This document shows positions 49,512 through 60,300 of a DNA stretch of 64,000 nt, piece after piece. The translations under genes were made by a program, and so were the position numbers. Source of the DNA: a virus; IMG/VR virus record IMGVR_UViG_3300017746_000002, positions 32,001-96,000 of that record, one strand, 5' to 3'. Below the pieces are notes generated by a model, which had not been told where the DNA came from, searched no databases, and saw only the letters and a program-made list of their open reading frames with translations. Position 1 is the first letter of the stretch; each line of letters begins with the position of its first letter.

Positions 49512-50099
49512 TTAAGGATTTGTAGTAACAAAAATAGATGCTGATGTACAACCTGTTCCTACACCTAATACACTAAACATATATTCTGTATTTGGTAGTA
49601 ATCCTGTTACTGTATATGATGTTGACGTAGTAGGTAATGTTGGAGTTATGTTTCCCCAACCAGCTGCTGTTGGTATTTTAACTCTTATTTGTAATGCTGA
49701 AGCTGAATTACTTGTTCCAACTAAATCCCATGTTATTTGAACACTTGTACTATCCACAGTTCCTGGCATGATATTTAGTATTTCATTATTTGATGTAACA
49801 CATGCCGGATTAATAACATATTGAACTAATTTTTGTAATGTTGCAGATAATCTTTCTCCTTTTTCAATTGTAAAACTTGTAGTACTTGATATTTCAAATT
49901 CTAATTTGCTTTCACAATTAGCTATACAATTTTCACAATATACTTCTTCACATTTTTCGTGACTACCATCTTTACAATCTCTTCCTGTATAACCACAAGG
50001 AGTACTTAAAGAATGATCAGCACATCCACATGTTAAGTTATTGCAGTTTGTTTGCCCACAAGATGAGCAACAGTTTCCGTTAGATGTTTTTGTAGCCAT
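49512..50099 (-). CDS. Cys-rich protein with C-terminal fibronectin type III domain
   Basis: The N-terminal half is Cys-rich. The C-terminus has the FN3 pattern (TSVQITW...SYTVTGLLPNTEYMFSV). Confidence 0.7.
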   Translation of the reverse strand: MATKTSNGNCCSSCGQTNCNNLTCGCADHSLSTPCGYTGRDCKDGSHEKCEEVYCENCIANCESKLEFEISSTTSFTIEKGERLSATLQKLVQYVINPACVTSNNEILNIMPGTVDSTSVQITWDLVGTSNSASALQIRVKIPTAAGWGNITPTLPTTSTSYTVTGLLPNTEYMFSVLGVGTGCTSASIFVTTNP

Positions 50100-50115
50100 T
50101 TTTTTTTAATTTATT

Positions 50116-51261
50116 TTAACCTGCGCATGAACTAATTGGTGCACTCCAAAAAGGAGCTGTATCTGCTCCAGTTGTTCCACCTAAATATTGTGCAACTAAT
50201 CCTGTACCTGGGCATACTGCATGCCAACTATTTGTTGTAAGTTCATAAGTAGTTTCAGCTACAGGTGCACTGTATGCTCTAACAGTATTATCAAACTCAA
50301 CTCCTGTTTCATTCCATAAATCAACACAGTTTGAAGATGTTGCTGCATTTGTAACTGCTTGAACACAACCTGAACCAAGTGCATAAAATGTATTTATACT
50401 AACCATTCTTTTAAGTATACCGCTTGCTCCAGAATCTATTTGTAATTTTTCTACAGCACTCCTTAAATCAGAAATTAATCTCATTGCTGTTTCAAGAGAT
50501 TGAGCTAGACTTGTTGGATTTTGATCTAAAGCTGGAATAAAACCAGTTCTTTTTGTAAGTGGTTGATCTAATGGTAAAGCATTAGTTGGTGTAACAGCTA
50601 ATGCGCTTGCTATATTTACATCAGTACCTACAGCATCTGCAGTATGTCCATATGCTACTTCTACTTTATTTAATACAACCGCAACAGGTTGTTGAGCAGT
50701 ATTACCTTTATCAACATACACTGATTGTAATGTTGGATTTGGATCACCTTTTGGTTGTGCTTTTACAGCAGCTACATCAGTAACTGCTTGCTGTATTGAA
50801 TTAGTTAATGCTCTACTTTGTTGTGTATTTCCACATTCTTGATTCATCAAGTAAGTAAGAATTGATTCAAGAGTATCAGGATTAGTTAAATCATTTGTTA
50901 TACTTGTTAAACATTCTGGAACACCTAAAGTACACTCATATGTATCTTTACAAGACCATATTCTACCACCTCCTGAACCTGATCCTCCTGAATTATTTAT
51001 ATTATTTATTATTAATTGAATTAACTCTGTTTCTGTAGTTGCAGGACCTCCATTTAAAGTTGTTTGGTTAATCTGATCTATGTGTATTCCACCTCCACTC
51101 CCATTTTGTAGAATTACAAGTTGATCACATAATCCTGCTATAACAGCACTAATGCTGTCTCCATTACATATATCTACACATGGTAGATCTGGACCTTGCC
51201 AAATTACACAGTTAGAAGATATTGGGTCACAAGGACCATTTTTCTTATTTATAGGAAGCAT
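50116..51261 (-). CDS. Putative fibre/structural protein with Cys-rich N-terminal domain and coiled-coil segments
   Basis: 381 aa. N-terminal CDPISSNCVIWQGPDLPC...GDSISAVI followed by heptad-like stretches. Confidence 0.5.
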   Translation of the reverse strand: MLPINKKNGPCDPISSNCVIWQGPDLPCVDICNGDSISAVIAGLCDQLVILQNGSGGGIHIDQINQTTLNGGPATTETELIQLIINNINNSGGSGSGGGRIWSCKDTYECTLGVPECLTSITNDLTNPDTLESILTYLMNQECGNTQQSRALTNSIQQAVTDVAAVKAQPKGDPNPTLQSVYVDKGNTAQQPVAVVLNKVEVAYGHTADAVGTDVNIASALAVTPTNALPLDQPLTKRTGFIPALDQNPTSLAQSLETAMRLISDLRSAVEKLQIDSGASGILKRMVSINTFYALGSGCVQAVTNAATSSNCVDLWNETGVEFDNTVRAYSAPVAETTYELTTNSWHAVCPGTGLVAQYLGGTTGADTAPFWSAPISSCAG

Positions 51262-51279
51262 AAACTTTATTCTTTATAG

Positions 51280-51293
51280 TATAATATACAAAA
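51280..51293 (-). promoter_or_regulatory. Recurring promoter motif (TTTTGTATATTATA)
   Basis: Exact GTATATTATA core 18 bp upstream of the 381-aa gene. Confidence 0.5.
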
Positions 51294-51333
51294 GATTTAT
51301 ATCTTATACAATTATTTACTTTATTATTCTTTA

Positions 51334-54300
51334 CTAACATCCACCACAAGCACATCCAGTACCAGATTCACAAGCTGCACATGATGAATACATTGTACCA
51401 ATAGGGGAAGGTAGACAAACATTATGAACATCTAACGTACATGCTGCACTACAAAACCCAACCCAAATTTGTTCCCAATTAGTACTATTTGCACTTAGTA
51501 AATCTTCTACCTGTCTTGCATCTAAACCAGTAATATTTGGTTTTCCACCTGTCCCATCAAAACCATAAGTATTTATCAGTTCAGATCTTAGTTCTCCCCA
51601 ACTTAGTGTAGAAGTATTATAATCTCTATACCATAATTGTCCTTGACCATTACTATCTGAGTCGTATATTGCCATTGCTGAAATTATCATTGGTTTGGCA
51701 TGTGATTCTTGAACCATACTTCCTGATGAACCACTACCAATATTAAAACCACTTGTGCCAGCTGGTGACTGATAATTCATATTAGTATACACTGTATTTA
51801 TTTGAGCACTACTCCACGCACATCCAAAAGAACTATTTGTTGCACTCCAGAAAAACCAATCATTAGCATACTCTTCAAGACTTCCACTTATAGCATTTGA
51901 CCAAGCATATACAGCACTTTGATTATCATTCCAATCTGTCATAGCATAACTCATAGTTTGGCATGAGTTAGTAAATTGAGTTAACTGATAAGATCTACTT
52001 AACTCATGTCTACTAGAAAAATCACCTCCATTTCCACTAGAATTAGTAAGTGCATGACCTATTGCCCCAGATCCATCAAAACATGGATTACTAAATGGGA
52101 TTGCTGTACATTCAAAATAAGCAGGTGGTGCTGCACAACAGCTAGTACAACTTGCTACTATATCTGTAGAATTATAATAGTATCCTGGATTTCCACCCCA
52201 TTCATATGATACTAAACCATTAACTTCAAAAGACATAAAATTAGAAGCATTTGAATCCATACAACCTGCATATGTACATGCATCCGGTTGATGTGTATCA
52301 GCATTAACATCATATGTTAAAGCAGCTGGATCCATACATCCTAACATCTGACCCCCTCCTGATCCACCACATAAATCTGGATTATCAAAACATGCACTAA
52401 ATTCATAATTCACATCTGTAGCGTCCATACAACCAGTACAATAACAACATGATCCATCATCATAAGTAGCATTCGGATCATAGTTTAATGCTGGTATACC
52501 ATATTGATAAAAATTTGGTACTCCAGTACCAACTGTTCCTGAACCACCATTAATAACTAGTTCATGAGCTACTATACCATTTTCACATGGAACTTGTTGA
52601 CTATAAGATATGCCGGCTGCATTTGCTGCATTTATCCACCAATTGTCTACTGTTACTGCACCATATGTTCCAAAATCAGGATGTTGATCTACATATCCAT
52701 CATCAATACAACCACCTATTTCTACTGGTTGTTCTCCACAACAATTAATAGCATCTTCACAATCTTGTTCAGTTGGATGAGTTCCTGGTTGTCCACCATT
52801 ATCTGATGCAGTAAGTACTCTATTACATTCACAATCAGTATATCCTGTACATTGAGGTTCATGACCTTTATAATATACAAAATTATCTTCTGGATCAGGA
52901 TTATACATGTTAGCTGACCCATTTATATTATAGTGAAATTGAACAACATAACTATAGTCTTGACCAGATAGTATTATAGGAATTTGACTTCCTGCACAAG
53001 TTTGGTTAGGACCACCTGCTCCATTATGCCAATTAACATATGCATCCCAAGTAGGAAATACATAACCTGCTCCATATTGTGCAATTTGTAATTGTGCATA
53101 ACAACTAGCACTTCCTGTAGGTCCATAAGGATTCTCTGTAGTAAAACCTTCTATAGTTAACAGTGGATAATCTGATGCTTGAGGAAAACCAGGCATAAGT
53201 TCTGTTAACGGACATGCGGTCATACTTGAAAATGAGCCAAAATTACTAGTACCTGTAGTGTTTGCTACAGCAGTTACTTCTAGATTAGGTGTTAAACCTG
53301 TATTACCTACTGCAGAATAATAATCAGCAAGTGTAAAATAAAAACCATCTATATCACAAAATCCACCTGGACATGTTGTATCTACATAAATACCTGTATT
53401 ATTAAGATTAGAAAGTGTATAGTTGTATTGTGTTATTTCATTTATATCATAACCAGCTTCATCACAATCCCAATAGTATATACAAGAATTATCATCACAT
53501 GTTGCATTAGGATCATAGTTACCGGCTATAGGATCCATACAACCATTTTCACATAAATCACAACATGAATCCCATCCTGCATTATTTGTACCTATTGGTT
53601 CCATATTACAATCATGTGTACATGATGCACAATATCCTTGCGGACCTGTTACAGCATTAGGATCTGTACAACCTGCTTCACAACATGTGTCAGGATCTGT
53701 TGCATCAGGATTATAACAGAAATATTTATAACCTTCTGGTGTACCTGTTAATGTTCCATCGCTTGTACAAGGATAAGTACATACTGCACCACTTTGATTT
53801 AGACCGTTAATATTAGGCCATATTCCAGCTGCACTATCCATACAACCATATATTAAAGGTGGTTGATCTAAATTAATTGTTATTGTAGCAGTACAATTTC
53901 TTGCATCTGTTACTGTTAAAGTATATATTCCACCGGCTAAACTTGTAATTGCAGCAGTAGTTGCTGTATAACCACTTGGTCCTGTCCAAGAATAAGTATA
54001 AGGTATAGTACCATTAGATGCAATTGCTGTAATATTTCCATCATTTACACCAGCCGCACTTGCATTAATATGTGCTTCAGCAATAATAATTGCTGGATCA
54101 CAATATAAACAAGTTCCATCATCTACTGTAGCCATAGAGTTATAGTTACTTGAATTTGGATCTGTACATCCTTCAATCACCTGAGTAGGTGATACATATG
54201 TTTCACAAGATACTCCTGTTGGATCTACACAACATTCAGGAGCACATTCTTCATTTACTACTATTTTTATTTGTTGTTGTCTACAGTTACCTTTTGTTTC

Positions 54301-57300
54301 AAGACATAAACAGAAATTAATTATATGATTTGTTTTTATAGCAGCATTTTCTATTTGGAATTTTAATCTACCAAACTCATCTGTTTTACCTTCAAAACCT
54401 CCGTCAACATAAATAGCATAATCAGGAATTGCTACATTATTTTGATTTACTACATTAACTACAATACATTCTGAACCATCACATTTTAACTTATTAGGAT
54501 CCCAATATTTTTCAAGATCAGCTTTAAATAAACTAGAATTAAATGTTCCTGATCCCACATTAGCACGCCAACCATAATTATCTAATCCCCCATACCCATA
54601 TGTATGAGAAGATGGTTGATTTGGATTAGTAGCATCCCAATATGGATTACCCGTTTCAATATTTACTAAGTTAACAAGTGAATTAGTAGGGGCAGTACCT
54701 GCAGCATATCTACCATCCTGTGGATCATTATTACCACTATCTACTGCAGCTAATGCATGTAATGGAAATGCACGATGTGAAGGCGCTGGTGTTACTAATG
54801 GTTTAGCAGGATAAATCACCATTGTTGCTTTATGTAATGGACCTTTTGCTAAATGTTCTTTATATTTTTCTATATATTTATCATAATCAGCTTTATAACA
54901 TGCTGTTAATACTGAGTCAGTAGCATTAGTACCTGTACCATCAGTAGCCATAGGCCATGTTGTTGTACATGCGTTAACAGCACATCCTTCTACATGATAA
55001 GGTTGTGCATCAGAACCAGTTCCATCTAGAGTAGCTGATTCATCAGCAAAGAATACTCCTAATACTTCTCTTTTTGTAAGAGCTGGTGGATAACCAAAAT
55101 GTGTTATAGTACCATTGTCATATCCTAAAGGTGCAGAAGAATACCAAGTTTTATTATTTATATTACCCCAAGCCATTGGAGCCCAAAATTTACTAGTAAC
55201 ACTCATATCTGTTGGAGCCACAGCATCTGCTCTACCAGAATTAATACAAGCTCCATGATCAGCAGCAACACTATTTACTACACAAAATGAATCTTTACCT
55301 CCACATGTTCCAGCATTATTCCAATTTCCTGTAAATATTGTTGTTGCCCAATCTACCCATCTTTCTCCACATACTAGGACATGATATACTTCACCTGCAA
55401 AAGGTATTGCAAATCCATTAATCCAATCATCTGCAGCATTTCTTTGTTGTTGAATTGCAGCAATACCCATTGATGTACAATCATACATAAAGTAAATATC
55501 TATATCTACATCTGATATTAAACCACAGTTTTTGGATGTCCAAGCCGGTCTAGTTGGATCTAACCAATCAGGTTCACCTTCTACAATAGGATATTCATAT
55601 GTAGCTAAGACTTCTATTGTTGAACTTAAATAAGCAGGTCGTTTAGTATCTTCCCAATCACATAATTGTTTTTCATGAAGATGATCTGGTAAATCAGAAC
55701 CACAATAGTTTGATAAACCGTATCTTTCTTTTCTGTATTCTTTGTATACATCACTTGCAAATTCACATTCAATGTTTAATTTTTTAGTAGGATCAGATCC
55801 AAACTCTCTTGGAGCTCTTTTACATTGATCTAAATATTTACAAGGGTCTGTTGGATCTGTAGCAGATGTTGCATTTATTGTTGCAGTTGGATCAAAGTTA
55901 ATTGCATTTATATCTGTACATCCATAAACTGTATAATCACAACAACTTGCACATGCTGTATTAGCTGTAGGGTCATAATTATTTGCTGTAGAATCCATAC
56001 ATCCTTCTTTAACTGCTTCACAAGGTCCTTCACAACAACATGTAGCACAATAATTAAATGCTTGTGGATCTAAACAACCTGTTTCATTACAACAAGAACC
56101 ATCATCACAAGTTGCAGAGGCATCGTAGTTACACATTGTAGGATCTGTGCATCCATAGATACAAACACATGATGCGCAATTAGTATTCCATATTTCATTA
56201 AACTCCCATATACTCATTTGTGGCATAGGAAAACCTGGAGCAGATACAGTTGCGGCAGAAGTCCCTTTGTATTCATAACATATTCGTCCAGCTCCATCTA
56301 CAGTATTTATTGTTTGTCCTATAGCAGGAGAGCCTACATTTATCCAAAAATCATGTTGTGCAAAAATATCTGTATTTGTAGCACCAGGTGCAACTAATGT
56401 AAATTCACCCGCTGGATCTCCACTACATGCAGACCATTTATGAAACTCAGGTTTTTCACATGTTCCATCATCACAAGTTACACATGGATTATAATTACTA
56501 TTTAAATAACCAGCAGTACAAGGATATGGACATAAATTACCTATTGTTGGTACTGTAGTTGACACAGCACAATTATAAATAGCAGTATTATCATAACCGT
56601 TTATATCAGGAAAACCATTAGTTAATGTGGTACTATCCATACAACCATATACACAATATGTACAACAACCATCATCAAATGTTGGAGAGACTGTAGCACC
56701 AGCACAATTTTTATTAAAGTTAAGTGCATTTGGATCAGTACATCCTCCAACACCAAAACAGAATTGACATTGTGCATCTGAATTAACAGTAGGATTATTA
56801 GGTGTATATACAAAGTTACCTGCAGTTGATGCTAGAGTTGGAAAAAATTGTGCTGTTGGATTAGGTCCATTAAGTGCTAACCAATCTTGGTAGTATTGAA
56901 TACTAGTATCTACCCATTGTACACAGTAAACATATGTTACTCCATCATGAACATAATTAACACCTACAATATCCCAGAAATTCTGTAATCCCCATGCAGT
57001 TATTAATGCTTGTGAGTTTGCACATGTTTGAGGATCACCCGGATCACCAAGATATGCCCTATAATACATTTCATTACCCATAGCCATATCACTACAGAAC
57101 CTAATTACAAAAGGATCACAATTTTGACAACTACCATCATCACAAGATGCTAACGGATCATAATTGTTTGCTGTTGGATCTGTGCAACCATATACACATG
57201 CACAACAGTTAGAATCACCATTAGTTGGATTTGTTAATGTAGTTTGACATTCTATCTGAGTAGAATATGAACCTGATGGATCTTCATAACATAAACAATC

Positions 57301-60300
57301 ACCTGTTGCTTGAACCATCCATTGAATATCTTCACTTGCAAATTCTGGAGCTGCTTTATGTCCATGACCAATTAATCCTGGAGCTTTTTCTACCTCTTCA
57401 ATTACCCATTTAGAAACTGATTCCCATGTAGTAGCTGAGGTAGGTAAGTTGTAGTTTAATAATTCTTTATAAAATGATTTCCATGTATTAAATTTTATAC
57501 CGGCTATTGTAGGAAATACACTTTTAAATTGCTTTGGTATTGTAATAGCTCCAGCTGGTATAATATAGTAATATAATCCAGTTTCTGAAGTTCCTCCTGG
57601 TATAGTGGTTGTTATAACCTTAGCTTTTTTATTAAGAAAGTTTCCTTCTAAACTAATCATATTAGTTTTTACTTTATAGTAAGCTTGACTAAGATCTATA
57701 GTATTACCATTAGTAATTGTTCCATCTGTTATAGCCTGCATAAAACTATATGCAAAACTCCATTCTTCAGGATACTTATTAGTATACGTTAATTTAGGTT
57801 GTTTACCACCTGCCCATCCTTGACTACCATCATTATTATTAAAGTGTAATCCTAAATTTCTAAAATTACTAAGTCTTAATGGTACATTTAAATATGCTAA
57901 ACCTGGAAATATATAACCGGTATCATCAATGTGGTTAAATGTAGATTCTGGTCGTGGATTTATATTAGTAATATGTAAACCAAATTTCTTATTATATTGA
58001 GTTTTTACATTACTTTGTATAGATTTTGAATCTTGTATTGGCCAATTAAGTCCAAATTCAGGAAGTTCTCTTGAGCATTCCCAATTATATGTACAACATT
58101 CATTGTTTTGTGCATAAGTTGCATATGTACATTGACAAAATACATTTGTAGGTGGTGTAATTTCTACAGGTATACCAGCACCATTAGGGTTCCATGCTGT
58201 TAAAAGAATATTTAATTCATCAAATGTTGTTTGTGTAGTTACTCCTGTAACACCAATAGTTATACATTGAGTTATTAAATCATCCCATTGCTGATATATT
58301 TTACCTGGATCACCAGGGTTTATACTTGCTTGAATTGAAGAATGAGGTACATATCCGTCACCTAAAGCAAATGATGTCATATATCCACCATTAGGTCCTA
58401 CACATGTGCCTGGAGGTGTTGGTACACCAAACCAAACAGAATCCATATTTTCATATTGAATAGTATCTACAGTTATGGATGTTAAACTATTTGCTTGTGT
58501 ACTTAAATATTGATGAAAACTTGCTGTTGAATATTGACCTGCAACAATAGTATCTGAATTATCACAGTTTCCTGCTATATTTTTATCAATAGGTGTTCCT
58601 ATACCTAAACCTAATCCACAACATCCTGTTGCATTTGGATCATAATTATTTGCTAGTGGATCATTACATAACCCATCACAAGGATTTTCATCACAACAAC
58701 TATTCCATCCAGCAGCTTGATTAGATGGTAAAGAATTTCCATTACAATCACATGCGTTTAATGGATATGGTCCAGGAAAATAATTAGGTGAACTAGGATC
58801 TGTACAAAATGGTGTACAAGGATCTATAACAACAATATTACAGTCATTACAGTTATCCCATATATTTTGAAGATCTAAAGGATCTTGTGGATCAACTTTA
58901 ATAAAATTATCCGTTCCTGGACCTATACCTTCTACCCAGCCTCCAGCATCTGCTCCTCTTGGATTAGTACTAGCACCAGAATATTCTAAACAATATTTTA
59001 CTCCAGAAAATGTAACTTCTAATGTTTCTCCAAGTAACATCCAACTAACACCATTTTGACAAGTTGTACAACTCATGTTTGGTTTTACTAAACCAATCTC
59101 ATTAGCAAATGTCCAAAGATTTGGATTGCCAGGGTTATTGTTTAAAAAATGATCAACAGGATCAGTTGCCCAACTATTTATAACATTTATAATTTCACCA
59201 GCATGAGGACCATCACAGACTGTATATTCTCTATAACTAGGATTAGCTTGACCAGGATTAGTGCAAGAAAAACAATCAGGATCCATTAGTAGATCCAGAG
59301 TACCTGTTGTAGCAGGAGGAGTATTCCACCAATCATGAGATCTCCAATGTTGAGAACTATTTGTTCCTGTACCACCTGCTAAATTATCATAGAAGGCTGC
59401 ATTGTTAGGTTGAGGACCTTTATATTCTAAACACCACCAATCACTAACCATACCCATACTTCTCATCTGTATTCTATCACCAATCGCTAAACCTCCCACA
59501 GGAGCACCTTGAAAAGCTTCAACATAATCCAAAAACTCTTGATTAGTAGCAGGACTATTTACTTGGGATATATTCCCTGAGTTAGAATTGTTACCTGTAA
59601 GATTAAATAAAACAGGATAAGGAGGATTTGCTATTGCACCTGCAAAACCATTAATTCCGCTATTAAATGCTGGAATATAATTACCATGTGCTCCACATAT
59701 TTCCCACATATGATAATACTCACAACATGATGTATCTGAACCAGCTGTTACATCAAGACAATCTTCAGTACAAACAGGACAGAAATTTGCAGCATTAATA
59801 TCCATACAACCACATCTTGGATTTTCTGGTTTACAACCGCCTCCTGAACCTGAACCATTTTCTATTTTATATAAACAGCAATTATTATCTTTTGGTTCAT
59901 AATTCCAAATAGTACTAGGACCATCTGGTGTTGATATTATTGATTCATAAGGAAATTGACCAGCTCCAACACAATCTCTTTGAGGACTCCCAAAATTTTG
60001 TTCAATAGCTTGAAACAAGCTAGTACTAGCATTACCAGGTGGAGGGACAGAAAAAGTTGGATCCCAAACAGGTGATGTTGACTTGTCATAATTTAACGCA
60101 TAAGGATCCCTACATGTTAAACATGCTCGTTGACAAATAGTAAATAAACTTCCTAAATACCATCCAGGGGTCATACCATATGAAACATTAGCATGCGTTG
60201 AATTAATAGTGGGTGATGCACCTGCAGTAGGAACACCTAATACTGTAAAAGGATAACTAAAAGGAACACTAAGTGGATCATTAATTGTATTAATAGAAAT

